The notes under the pieces: model-generated | The model's database searches: none | Seen by the model: only the letters and a program-made list of their open reading frames with translations | Told to the model about the DNA's origin: nothing | Origin: Lama guanicoe | Taxonomy: Eukaryota | Reading direction: 5' to 3' | Assembly (NCBI GenBank): GCA_013239625.1 | Contig: MU053319.1 | Location: forward strand, 62,001 to 126,000 | DNA: 64,000 nt | Program-made: the position numbers and the translations under genes | Part shown: positions 23,541 to 35,800 of the stretch, piece after piece | Layout of the letters: the number at the start of each line of letters is the position of its first letter | Numbering within the stretch: the stretch's first letter is position 1

Positions 23541-25436
23541 TGTCTTAGATCTGGTTACTACAACAAAGTGTCGTAGACTTGGTGGCTTATAATCAACATG
23601 AATTTTTTTCACGTAGTCCAGGGGGCTGGAAGTCCAAGATCAGGGTGTCATCACGGTAGTCGTGGTGAGGCCCCTTCTCAGGGGTGCAGACTGCTGACAT
23701 CTCGCTGTATCCTCACACAGTAGAAGTGAAGGGTGGCTCTTATAAGGGCGCTAATCCCATTTGTGAGGTCTCTACCTTCATGATCTCAGCCGTTTCTAAT
23801 TACCATCCAAAGGCTCCGCCCCCCAGCATCATCTCATTAAGATGTGGTGTTCCAACAACATAGGAACTTGGGGGTGGGTACCACCCAAGGCTCTACCATC
23901 TAATACCATCTCATTCAGGTGTGGTGTGCCAACATAGGAATTTGGGGATGGGAGGAGACACAAACATTCAGTCTATAATATTTTGCCCGAGAACCCCTAA
24001 AATTGATGTAATTCTCGCATGTAAAATACATTCATACATTCATTCCATTGCAGTACTCCCCAAATCTTAACTCATTCCAGCATCAGCTCTGAAGTCTGAA
24101 GTCCAGTCTCATCAAAACATCATCCAGGTCAAATATGGGTGAGACTCAAGGTACAACTCATCCTGAGGCAAAATTCTCCTCCAGCTGTGAACCTGTGAAG
24201 CCAGACAAGTTACATGCTTTGAAAACACAATGGCGGACAAGCATAGAACAGACACTAGTGACAAGGTGAACTTACCCATGGAGTTCTATGCTTACAGAGC
24301 TGTGTAGTTCAGGCATACAAAAATGGAGTCAGGTGGCCGTGGAGGATCTGGTCTCAGACACGTCTCTGCACCACCGAGACCTGGAATTTTACGTGAATTG
24401 TATCAAATTCAAGGACAGCACCAGCCATTTCCAAAACAGGAAATGTTTTGGCTGCAACCTTGTAGTTTCAAAATTCTCCCCCTTTTTGCAAATATGTGAT
24501 CGGTTTAAACCCCAACCAATCTATGCTTAACAAGCACCCTTAATTCTTGCCACCTCCAATCCTAAATCTTGACAATTAATGTAACCTTGTGGGGGTTTTG
24601 CTTTTATTAAGTGTCCCCCATTTTGTAGTCTGTCCAAATAGAGTTTAAATGCTTCTTGAATCTGTGTCTCTTGGGTTACAATCCTAATAAACTTCAAATA
24701 AACACCCCTTTATTTCAATCGGGTCTCTGTTTCTGAAATTTTGGTGAACCACAGTCATATACCAAAAGAGAGAAATAAAATAGAAATAAAACATGAACAC
24801 AGTTCAGTCAAATTCTTTGTGACTTTATTACAAGGATCTCCTTTCCTCTAGCTTCTGGTATCACCTTCCTCGTTTCTGTCTGAGAGCTCATCAGAATAAC
24901 CTTCACCACCCATTCTGCTCATGATCATTTATGTATTCTCTAAAAAATTGAGATTTCCCTACAGCTCTCTAAGTTCTCACCAGAATTCCCCCTAACATTC
25001 ATATTTTTGGCATGCACATTTAGCGTCTGCCCATTATCCAGTTCCAAAACCACTTTCATGTTTTTAGGTACCAATTTGTGTCTCGGGCCATCTGGGCTGC
25101 TGCAACAAAGTACCGTAGACTGGGTGACTTATAAACAAGATAAATTTATTTCTCACAGTTCAAGAGGCTGGGAGCCCGACACCAGGGTACCAGAAATTCA
25201 GGATCTGGTGAGAGCCCTCTTCAGGGTTGCAGGCTCCTCACATGGTGGAGAGCAGACAGAGGAAGCAAGCTCTCTTGTGACTCTTATAAAAACACTAATC
25301 GCATTCCACCTTCATAGTCTCATCTAATCCTAAATATCTCCCAAAGGTGTCTCCCAGATACCTCCTCATACCATCACATTGGGAGGTAGTATTTTAATGT
25401 ATGAATTTTAAAGAGACACAACATTGGGTTCGTAAC
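23541..25436 (-). mobile_element. MLT1A-like MaLR element with both LTRs (23541-23980 and about 25078-25436) and partial internal sequence
   Basis: Two homologous LTRs (acaaag..cgtagact.ggtg.cttata; ..gacaca(a)acatt); MLT-int motifs taaaatacattc, cttaactcattccagcatc, gggtgagactcaaggt, tcctgaggcaaa, ccagttccaaa..cactttca; possible 5-bp TSD gatgc/gaggc. Confidence 0.85.
24259..24753 (+). mobile_element. ERV LTR nested in the MLT1 internal region
   Basis: Interrupts MLT-int between gcatagaacagacac and ccaaaagagagaaat; TG start; aataaa signals at about 24686 and 24697; typical U5-like end. Confidence 0.6.
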
Positions 25437-25639
25437 GAGGCCACAGATCAGACTAGGGAAAGGACGGCCAGAGGCAACAGAGGACAGACCAGGAGTTTCA
25501 CCCATTTGGGCTTCAGCCTCAGATGCCTTCTGGGAAATAAAATTTTCCATATTCCCAATCTGAGATAAGAAATGGACAAGTGGGAGACGAGAGCTACTAG
25601 CTAATGAACTTTTTTTCATGCAGCATATAAATAAAGCCA

Positions 25640-25770
25640 ATGTATTTAAATGTATATATGATGCACATAAATGTAACATATAGATATACAATATACATTA
25701 TAATGTATGCAATGTGTATATATGTATACAATGTATAAATGTAAATATATATAATGTATATAAATAAAAC
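25640..25770. repeat. AT-rich (TA)n-like low-complexity tract
   Basis: Degenerate tgtata/tata repeats. Confidence 0.7.
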
Positions 25771-26933
25771 CAATGGAGCACATAAACAAAACCGATATAC
25801 AACTCAATAAAAACCACCATTTTTGCAAAAGTTTTTCACATCAGCTAGATCACTCAAGCTTTTAAGAGTTGCCAGCTAGCTGAATTACATTAAATTTTAA
25901 AACAGAGTGATTCAGTAGCTTTGCTCTGCAAAGGCAGAGCAATACAAGATCAGAGCAAGGGAAGATTTAGTGAGTAGAAAAGAAGAAATGTATTTCAGGT
26001 AGAAAATTTATATTTCCTTGTGCTGTCCCTGAAATTTTTATGTCAACTTTTTCGGTACACTGCCAATAGAGAAAAAGTGTATATTTTATTTTATTGAGTT
26101 TTTTTGAACACCTACAAATTCAATCTCCACAGTTTGCAATTTAAGTTAAATCCATTCTGATTTCACTATATTTTTCTAAGAAGAACAGACAGATGTCTTA
26201 ATAAAATATGACCAGATGGCTTATAGACAAAGAAGCATCATCAGTTTTCATGTACAGCTTAAAAATTACACAAGACATCTGTAGACTAGTAATGAGTTTT
26301 ACTATCCTTCCATTTTGTGCACATTCTTGTTCAAAATACATAATTAAATGTGCATTTTGTTACTGAAATCTCCTGATGTAGTCATTAAAATAAACTTTTG
26401 TATTTTCAAAATGGTTGCACTTACATTTGTTAATCTGTTGTTTTATTTATCTCAGCTTTCAAAACATAGTTAATCTGGATTGACCTGCTTGACAAACAAA
26501 ATGACCTCTCTGGGAAGGTATCATCTACTTGGCATCGCCTACTTCCCACTAAAACTCTACTTTGAATTTAGTTTTTTAAGACAGCTTACAGACAAATAAA
26601 AAGAACACACCTCTTGAATAATAAAAATACACGGTAGTCATTCCAATAGGAAAGACTCCCCAAATCTTGACTCATTATGATATGGGAGAAACTGGAGTGT
26701 TAGGTCCCAAAGGCTATATTTGAAAACATAATAATGTCTATGCTAAAGAGAAAAATTGAAAAATATTTCCAACCAGTCATCACTCTCTGAAACAACCTTC
26801 TTTCCCAAACTTTTGATCCATTATATCATTAGTTCACATTATAGATAGGATTTATCTCCATTAAACATAGTTCAAACCAAGAATAAAATAATAGTAAAAT
26901 GTCCCAAAGTAGTGCTTAAAATCTCCTGTTATA

Positions 26934-28388
26934 GCCATGCATATGTGGTCAATTAATTTATGAGAAAGGAACCAAGAACATACAATGGAGAAAGAGCAGT
27001 CTCTTCAATAAATGGTGTTGGGAAACTGGACAGCCACGTGCAAAAGAATGAAACTGGACCCTTATCTTACACCAAACACAAAAGTCAACTCAGAATGGAT
27101 TGAAGATTCAAAGGTAAGACCTAAAACCATTAAACTCCTAGAAAAAAAAATCATAGTGGATAATTTCCTTGACATTGCTCTTAGCAATATATTTTTTTGA
27201 CCACAAAAGCAAAGACAGCAGAAGCAAAAATAAACAAATGGGAATACATCAAACTAAAAGCTTCTGCACAGCAAAGAAATTATCAACAAAATGAAAGCTA
27301 ACCTAAGGGATGGAGGAAAACATTGGCAGAGCACATATCCAATAAAGGGTTAACATTCAAAATAGTCAAGGAACTCATATGTTTCAATAGCAAGAGGAAA
27401 AAAAACAATTTAAAAATGAGCAAAGGGCTTGAATAGACATTTTTCTAAAGACATACAAATGGCCCACAGAGTGCTCAAAACCACTAATTATCAAGGAAAT
27501 GCAAATCAAAACCACAATGAGAGATCACCTCACACCTTTAGAATGACTAGTATCAAAAAGATGATATATAAATGCTAGCAAGAATGCAGAGAAAAGGGAA
27601 CTTTCGTACACTGTTGGTAGGATTATAAACTGGTACAGCCACTATGGAAAACAGTACGGAGGGTCCCTGAGAAATTACAAATAGAACTACCATATGATCT
27701 AGCAATCACACTTCTGGCTATATATCCAAAGGAAGTGAAATGTCAAAGAGCTATCTACACTCCCATGTTCACAGCAGCATTATTCACAATAGCCAAGATA
27801 TAGGAACAGTGTCCTAAGTGTCCATTGACAGATGAATGGACAAAGCAGATGTAGGATACATATACAATGGAATATTATTCAGCCACGAAAAAGAAGGAAA
27901 TCCCACCATTTGTGACAGCATGGATGAATCTGGAGGGGATTATGCTACAAGAAATAAGCCAGCTAGAAAAAGGTAAATCCTGCATGTTACCAACTGTATG
28001 TAGAATCTTAAAAAAAAAAAAAAGAGTCAAATTCATAGAAGCAGAGAGTAGAAAAGTCATTGCCAGAGGGCTTGGGGCTCAGGGAAATAGGGGAAAGTTG
28101 ATAAAAGGGTACAAACTTTCAGTTAAAAAATAAATAAAATCTGAGGGTCTAATGTATAACATGGTGACTATGGTTGATAACACTGTATTATGTAATTGAA
28201 AATTGCTAACAGAGTAGAGCCTAAATGTTCTCATCAGAAAATAAGTAAATAAAAAATAAATATGTGAGATTATAGATGATGTGTAATTAACTTGATAGAG
28301 AAAGACTTTCACAGTGTATGCATATATTAAATCATGATATTGCACACTTTAAATATCTTAAAATTTTGTCAGTTATACTTCAACAAAA
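26934..28388 (+). mobile_element. L1 (L1MA-like) ORF2 C-terminus plus 3' UTR with decayed TSD
   Basis: Peptides [16 protein letters not shown] and MEYYSATKK; flanks aaaatctcctgttata (26918-26933, preceded by TT as in the L1 endonuclease site) and aaaactcatgttata (28389-28403). Confidence 0.93.
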
Positions 28389-29159
28389 AAAACTCATGTT
28401 ATATGCAAATTACATTTGAGAATTTGTAAAAAAGGCATGATACGTCAAACTGAATCATTATTGAACTTCCGTACTGTGTAGAATATTAAAGCTGTACTTC
28501 ATAATAAATAGTATTTTTCTGATACATGTTGATATGTCTATTTTCTTACTCTGCTTACAATATTTATATGTTAGAATTATCCAAAATATTGTCTAAAATA
28601 TTGTACAAGTGTTGATATTTCCTCTGTTTTTATAGAAAGAGAACAACCAATGTGGCTATGTTCTTAAATTGTCAAAGAAAATTACTAGATTTTAATATTA
28701 TAACCATAATTCAGATGACAACATTTTGCAAGTCAATAATCTGGAAGACTATTGCTTTGTTTTATGTAATTCAGCACATGTTTATAGACAATTTTAAAAT
28801 CATAAAATGTGAGAAAGTTATGAGAAACAAAGCTCATACAATCACTTAATGTATAGGGTTTAATCTTGGTTTTCACAAATAATAAAAATATTTAAATATA
28901 TATTTTAAAGTCTTTACAAACTCAAACCACTTTGGACAATAAAAGAAATTTCAAATTCAGATTCATCAAGATGCAATTTTCCACTGCAAATTCTCAAATG
29001 AAAGAGCCATTTGGTCTATTTGAAATAAAATCCTAAGAGCATCTCATCATAAAAAACAAAAAAACAAACGGAGAACACAGCTGTAACTCGAATAATGCCC
29101 ATAAAATTCCATGGCAGTAATTATCATTAGAAAGATAGTGAGAAATCCCAAAATGCATT

Positions 29160-30225
29160 TTTAAATCAGCGAAGGATGATGAACAACCCTTCTCAACCCG
29201 ACCTTGTGGAATAAGTGGGAATATATTCTTTCCCCGTCAATTTTTCAGAAGCATTTGCATCATCTGGTAGCTCTGAAATGTAGTGCCGAATTCACCAGTG
29301 AAGCCATAAAGAGGTAGAGTTTTCATTATAGGACATTGTGAAACTATAAAATTTTAATGAATAAAAGGCAAAAGCAGATCATCTATTTTTCCATGAGCTT
29401 TTGTAGCTTGTCTGTCAAGGGATTTACCCGAGTTTACTGACTGGCATAAAACCATTCATAATATTTCCTTATCATCCTTTCACTCTCTGTCACCTGTAGT
29501 GCTGTCACCACCCCCGGCAACTCTTTCCACTCATCTTCCCTGTGAACGCCTGTCACCCCGTCTCTCCTGCCTCTCAACTCTGTCTCGTCAACTCGCACTG
29601 ACCTGGCTCGGCTTCCCCTGGAACGTGATATGCTCAGGAAACACTCTCCAGCAGTCAATTGTGACAATTAATAAGGTTTCCCCTTATTTTTTTCCTTTCT
29701 CTCAAGATCATTGTCCTTTACTGTCTGATGTTCAACATTTGAAAAGCATTGCTTCATACATTTTGTTCCGTTTTTTAATGGTTTCAGGCTGGGGTCTAAA
29801 TCCAGTCCCTGTTACTTCGTCTTGGCTAAAAGTGGCAGTAACATTAACAGATCATAATCTCAGTAAATATCAAAATAATAGCCAAAAATCTACCCAAAGT
29901 GTGAAAACCTGGATGGCTTTATCCAAAGTTCAAGAAATCCCTACTTTCACAAACTCTTCTATAGCTTAGAGAACAGATACTCTAACTATCGTAGATTGTT
30001 CTGGAGCATGGAGTCGGGGGACGCTAGCTAACCAATTCTACAGGGCAAACAAAATGTTTATTTCAAAACTGTGTAAGAAAAACTAAATCAAATAATAGGA
30101 TAATCACACCTATCATTGTAGATAAAATATTTTAAATGAAATAGTTCAAACCACAGCCAAAAGTATATTAAGTAAATAATGCATCATTTCCAAGCAGGAT
30201 TTATTCAGAAAGATATAAACTTTCT
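29160..30225. mobile_element. Mosaic of very old L1M fragments
   Basis: aattcaccagtgaagccat; cattgtcctttactgtctgatgttcaacatttgaaaa..ttgcttcata..aatccagtccctgttact; catttccaagcaggatttattc. Confidence 0.5.
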
Positions 30226-30240
30226 TTTTTCTCTCTCTGG

Positions 30241-30328
30241 TTTTTTTTTTAATGGAGTTACAGGGATTGAACCCAGGACCTCGTGCATGCTAAGCATGCG
30301 CTCTACCACTGAGCTATAGCCACCCCCC
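30241..30328 (-). mobile_element. Vic-1-type SINE
   Basis: gggattgaacccaggacctcgtgcatgctaagcatgcgctctaccactgagctata, a tRNA-like head with A and B boxes. Confidence 0.92.
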
Positions 30329-30859
30329 AAGACCAGAATGGTCCACACTAGAAATCTATCAGTGAACTTCTAATTGATAAGACAAAGGAAGTGTATATCA
30401 TACCAATATTATGTAAAATATAAAATATTTTAAAATATGTAGCAGATTTCTGGAAGGGAAATGATGTAAAATTTCCAAGTGCCAAAAACCCGAAGGGGAC
30501 AATGCTGAAGCTATTAATATAAGTCAAACCCTGAGTAATCATAAGGAAATTGCAACTTGAACATCTGGGATTTTTAGTTCTCCTTGTGGGGGTGAGTTGA
30601 ATCCACAGAGCTCCACGTATAAAGTCAGTAATGGGAGAGTTCTCCCTACATCCAGTGATGTGCAATAAAGTGTCCTCAGGGAACAAACAAACAAACAATT
30701 CTCTCTTGAACCATAGTTAGAAACTACCAGAGAAATATATTTTTGCAAAGAGGCACTTTATTCTGACTTTCACAAAGTTGCGACATTGGCTGAAAATGAT
30801 TTTATATGCAGAGTCTCATAAGCCATTTCAGGGAATGTTGGCTTCAATCTAAGGACCAA

Positions 30860-31600
30860 AGCAAGATATTAAATATTTTAAGGAGGGAGGGTGACACAAT
30901 CAAGCTTGCAATATGAACTCTAATGCCTTGAAATATATATATGAAATATGAGTAGGGTTCAAAGGCTTTTGCAGTAATCCAGGTGTAAGAGGAAGCCATC
31001 ATGGATGGTGTAGTTGTGGTTGGACATAGAAAAGGAAGTAGAACAGTCAATATTATGAAGATAAAGGGACTGGATATCACTAAAGAATTGGAATTAATGA
31101 GACAAGAGAAAAAGAGACACTGAAGATTGCGCTAAGGATTCTGAAAGGTGGCGGTGCTCACTGGGCTGTGAAGACCAAGTTTGGAAGAGAAGGCTCTGAG
31201 TTCAGTTTTGTCTGTGATGATTTTAAGATGGATTTAGGCTATCCGAAGAAAGTACCCAGGGAAAAGTTGGATATATAGACCTGAACATGAGTTTACAATG
31301 TGAGTCTTCTAGGTCTGATGGTAACTTATCTACAGATGTGGACGATTTGGCCCATGGAAGGAGAGAAGTCCTAAAGCCAAGCCTTCAGGACTTCAGACCC
31401 CTCCCAACAGTAGAGCGTGAGTTTGCCAAGGAGACCAAAGATCAGCATTGCTTCTTACTAAGAGGGCCCAGCGAGAGGCAGATTTAAATGCCTGTTAGAG
31501 TACTGGCTTAGTGACTTAAGCCAAGATACCTTTTCCTATGGAGTGATAGATCCAGAAACCAGATTAGATTAGGCCAATTTGAAAGGCAAATCTGGTCACT
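30860..31600 (-). mobile_element. L2 LINE fragment
   Basis: ttgcagtaatccaggtg..; gagttcagttttg..ttttaagatg; ttggatatatagacctgaac are typical L2 antisense motifs. Confidence 0.65.
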
Positions 31601-32049
31601 GAGACTGCCTTTGGAGAGAGGAAGCTAGATGAAAAATTAGGAAACAGGAAGGTGGAAGTATTTTTCACTGTGTATCTGTTGCACATTTAGACATTTGTAG
31701 CCTGTATCTTCTGCCTTTTCAAAAGCTGCATCCGCCTGGGGAGTCGTGGTAAATGGTAAAATGTAGGAATAGAAGCCTAAATAGATGTTTCTTTTGTTAA
31801 ATTGCAGATCTTTCAAACCGATGCATAATCCAAGGAGCGCACCGTCCCTCTGCGAGTAATACAGGATTGTCCGTGCCCTTTGCTCTTTGACACTGTGGAC
31901 AGAAATCCGTTATGACCCAGCCTCCCTGAGCTCCCTCCAGATCGGTGGCTGCCCGTGAGCTTACAGATCCCACAAGCAAATTCCATCAAGCCAAGGTCAT
32001 GAGGACTAGGTGGCAGCAATCAGATCATTTCTTATAGGGTATAGTTGAC

Positions 32050-32600
32050 GTGATGCTTTAGGGGACCGTAGTCTGGCCTCAACCCACCTGCTCCCCAGCT
32101 GCTGTGATATGCGTAAGACGGGGTCTGCGCCCTCAGAGCCATCAGCGCGCGATAATCACCCCCGCGGCCCCGTCCCCCTCATCCCGGCGTAACTCAAGCC
32201 CTCAAACCTGCACACCTTCCAGCTCTGTCCTCAAGCTGGGGTGACAGCACTTTCCTGGGAGGCAAAGCCTCCGGCTCCATCTAGGCTGTGACGGGGCGCT
32301 TCTCTGCTAGAGAATTCTTGCCGGGGAGCCTTTGGGAGGGCAGTTAACTCACTGGTGTGCAAGCCTCCTCTTTCCGGGCTTCGGGAAACCAGGGAAGTGT
32401 AATTTGCAGCCCCAGGACGCAGCAGGCTCTCGCCATCTCTGAGACCTGTAGCTTCCAAGTCTATATATCTGTCTGGCTCACCTCTCCCAGTTCATCTCCT
32501 GCAGCCGAAAAAGGCACCGTCATCTTCCCTGCACGCAGCGAAACTTCCCTGAGGTCATTTTCTGCGTTCGCTTTATTCTGGCGCAGAGGACCACAAATCT
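32050..32600. promoter_or_regulatory. CpG-enriched promoter-like region
   Basis: Local CpG excess over the AT-rich background; tatatat at 32462-32468; ETS/NF-kB-like gggaagtttc (minus strand, 32540-32549); ETS ggaagt at about 32393; two good minus-strand donors (GAG|gtgagc at 32482, CCA|gtgagt at 32353). Confidence 0.55.
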
Positions 32601-32819
32601 TTACTCTTTCAAAATTCTGGTTTCTGCAAGAGAAATCTGCACTTTCAAGGCTACATTTTTTTTTTCCTTCTTAGGGTAGTAAACATTATTTTTGAAAATC
32701 AAAGCTGCCTGTAACTTCCTTGTTCCCTTTCCCCGGCTGCATCTCCCTTTCCCTAAACAAAGACCTCCTCCATTTCAGTGAACAGAAGGCTGAGCAGCAA
32801 TATGAACCCCTGGGATTGT

Positions 32820-33125
32820 TTTTTTTTTTAATTGAAGTACAGTCAGTTATAATGTGTCAATTTCTGTTGCACAGCACAGTGTCCCAGTCATGCGCATACA
32901 CACATGTATTCATTTTCCTATTCTTTTTCATTAAAGGTTATTACAAGATATTGACCATAGTTCCCTGTGCTGTACAGAAGAAATGTGATTTTTATCTATT
33001 TTTACATATGGTGGTTATCATTTGCAAATCTTGAACTCCCAAATTTATCCCTTCCTACCCTCCTTTCCCCAGGGTAACCATAAGGTTGTTTACTATGTCT
33101 GCAACTCTGTTTCTGTTTTGTGGAT
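32820..33125 (-). mobile_element. Camelid-type L1 3' end
   Basis: tttaattgaagtacagtcagttataatgtgtc..atttatcccttcc..ctgtttctgttttg. Confidence 0.9.
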
Positions 33126-33484
33126 GATTATTGTTTTAAAGGTGGTGTTTCAAGATACAATCCTGACACTGCAGGTATAAAGGCCTGGGAACTGACCTGT
33201 GTGTTTTAACTCGTGACTTAATTATTTCATACCATGTCGGACTGTCAGAAGCAAGCTCTTGCCTTGTTATTTGTATATGGATTTACATGTTTTACAGAGA
33301 TGAAGTGGGGTGATTATCATAACTTAGAAATATTTTGGGGGATACATGCATTTGTTATCTAATTATTTTCAGAAACCAGTGCTGTATACGCATGACAGCC
33401 CAAATGATGGGTTCATTATTACAAAGCCATTTTAGTAAACATCTTTACAATTTGGTTTTTAAAAAAATTTGGCACATGAAAATA

Positions 33485-33600
33485 AAAAGGAATCTATGTA
33501 CATTTCATGCATGACTGAAGAATTGTGCTGGACACCAGAAATGGACAACATTGTAAACTGATTATACCTCAATAAAAAAACCTTAAAAAAAAAACCGAAA
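33485..33600 (+). mobile_element. L1 3' tail fragment
   Basis: gcatgactgaagaattgtgctggacaccagaaatggacaacattgtaaactga followed by an A-tail. Confidence 0.8.
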
Positions 33601-33689
33601 AGATACTCCACTATATTATCCAAGTCACTTCAGTTAGTTATTCCTGTATATCTTTCTTTCTTTTTTAAAATTTATTGTATTATTGTATT

Positions 33690-33822
33690 ATTTTTTGGCA
33701 GGAGTGGGTGAAGTAATTAGGTTTTATTATTTACTTTTAGATGAGGTACTGGGGATTGGACCCAGGACCTTGTTCGTTCTAAGCATGTGATCTACCACTT
33801 GAGCTATACTACCTCCCCACCC
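33690..33822 (-). mobile_element. Vic-1-type SINE
   Basis: gtaattaggtttt..gaggtactggggattggacccaggacct..ctaagcatg..tctaccacttgagctatac. Confidence 0.85.
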
Positions 33823-33959
33823 CATATACCTTTCATCACTAGTTTATCATAAAAGGTACACAAATAGCTTACATAGCTTCAAGCTCAATATTCTCTAGGT
33901 GCTCTGTGTTTGTGTGTGTGTGTCTTGACTTTTGTTACGGCTGAAATAACTGTCTCTTT

Positions 33960-34368
33960 AAGTACTGCATGTTCTCACTTACAATGTGGAATCTAAGAAA
34001 GCTGTAGTCATCGAGACAGAGGAGAATGAGGTTACCAGGAGCAAGAGGGTAGGGAAATGTGGGAGACTCTCTTTAAGAGTGCAAACTGACAAATGGAGAC
34101 GTTTTGGAGATCTAACGCCCAGCACAGCAGCTGTAGTCAGCAAGGCTACGTTATAAACTTCAAAGCTGCTGAGAGGCTAGGTCTTCACTGACCTCGCCTC
34201 AAAAAAGAAGTGACAGTCATGGGATGACATGGGACTGCTAGCTAACCATGTGGTGGTAATCCTGTTGTAACACGTGCATCAAATCAGCACTCTGTACACC
34301 TGAAATTATACAATGTGATATGTAATTTATACCACAATAAAAATAAAACAAAATAAAATAAAATAAAA
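33960..34368 (+). mobile_element. L1MA/MB-like 3' UTR
   Basis: tactgcatgttctcacttaca..tgtggaatctaa..tgtacacctgaaattatacaatg, then an (aaaat)n tail. Confidence 0.8.
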
Positions 34369-34874
34369 CTGTCTTTTTATCTGCTTTGGAAATTTATGAA
34401 GCCAAAAATCATTCAAAATAGAAATGCGGCTCTAATTAGTCTCTTTTTCTCACTTCCACGAAGACTTGGCATGACATAGCATTACAGACATTACATCTCT
34501 CCCCCTTTCTTTATTGGGTTCTGAAATTTTTACCCTATGCCCGTCTCAGCGATTAAAAACATACAGCTGTGCACTTATTTTATAAAGAACATAAAGTTCT
34601 CCAGCTACCTGTCAATGAGTATGACTTCAAAAGCTTGGTCACCAAACAGGGAGCTTTCAAAAGCTCAGCAGATGGAAACAGAATTCATGGGCATTCAGTT
34701 TCTCGTTCCAGCAATATAGCAGGAAGGGTATGCCACTCTCCTGCTCTTTAGATAATTTACAGTCTGTCCCTGAAATAAGCTGGAGCATCAGGGAGCCACA
34801 CACCTGAGTCTCATTACTTTTCTTCTCTACGTGTGTTTTGTGCTTTGGTACTACGCCACCAACTTACAGTAAGA

Positions 34875-35075
34875 AAACAGACAAACAGCAAGGACCTACT
34901 GTAGAGCACAGGGAACTATATCCAATGTCTTGTAATAGCCTATGATGGGAAAGAATCTGAAAAGAAAAAATACATACGTATGTATATGTGTAACTGAATC
35001 ACTTTGCTGTACACCTGAAACTAACATTGTAAATAAGTCAATAACACTTCAATTCAAATCAAAAGAAAAAAGAAA
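34875..35075 (+). mobile_element. L1 3' end
   Basis: aaacagcaaggacctactgtagagcacagggaactata..actgaatcactttgctgtacacctgaaactaacattgtaaat. Confidence 0.88.
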
Positions 35076-35197
35076 CTTCCCTATCAAATGGGTCATCAGG
35101 TTTTTGGTATAACTTGAACTTCAGTATCAAAAATAATCACATTTCTCTTTAAAAAAAAAAAAGCTGTCTAATAAAATGTAAATTTCAGGACTTGCAT

Positions 35198-35214
35198 TCT
35201 CTCTCTCTCAGACA

Positions 35215-35246
<32 letters not shown>
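35198..35246. repeat. Compound (CT)n/(CA)n microsatellite
   Basis: tctctctctctcagacaga followed by about 15 CA units. Confidence 0.95.
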
Positions 35247-35247
<1 letters not shown>

Positions 35248-35607
35248 CTGCTAAAAAGCTTAATTTCACACTTGTGCCACACTCCTGGCAAGCATCCTAG
35301 CATCCTATATACTAACTCAAATAACTTAAATAAGCTGTTTACAGCATTTTTTTCCACCTTATTTTCCCTTTACCTTTCATTTTCTAGATTTTTTAGCTTT
35401 GATTTGATTCATCTTTATTAAGTTGCCTTGCATCTTTTTTTTTTTTGAGGTGGCAGGGGAATGAGGAAGAAATTTAAGTATATTCAGCTTCAAGATTTTA
35501 ATCCCACACTATCAAAATTATAGCTAAGCATTTCATCTTTTCTTCTTACTCAAGCATCTGCCCTTGCTGTTGGGCCCCAAAATAAAAACATAGGCTAAAA
35601 TTACTTC

Positions 35608-35800
35608 AGATATAGCACAGAGAACTACATTTAATTTCTTGTAATGAGCCATAATGGAAAAGACACTGAAATATATATATATATGTATGCATAATTGAAT
35701 CACTTTGCTGTACACCTGAAACTAACATTGTAAATCGACTATACTTCAATAAAGAACAAGAATAAAAAGGTTATTCCTAAAAAATAAAAATTAAATAAAT
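35608..35800 (+). mobile_element. L1 3' end
   Basis: tatagcacagagaactac..tgaatcactttgctgtacacctgaaactaacattgtaaatcgactatacttcaataaa. Confidence 0.85.

Noticed and set aside
29499..29969. 156-aa ORF
   Set aside because: Lies across ancient L1M-derived fragments, has a non-ATG start and no homology I can recognise
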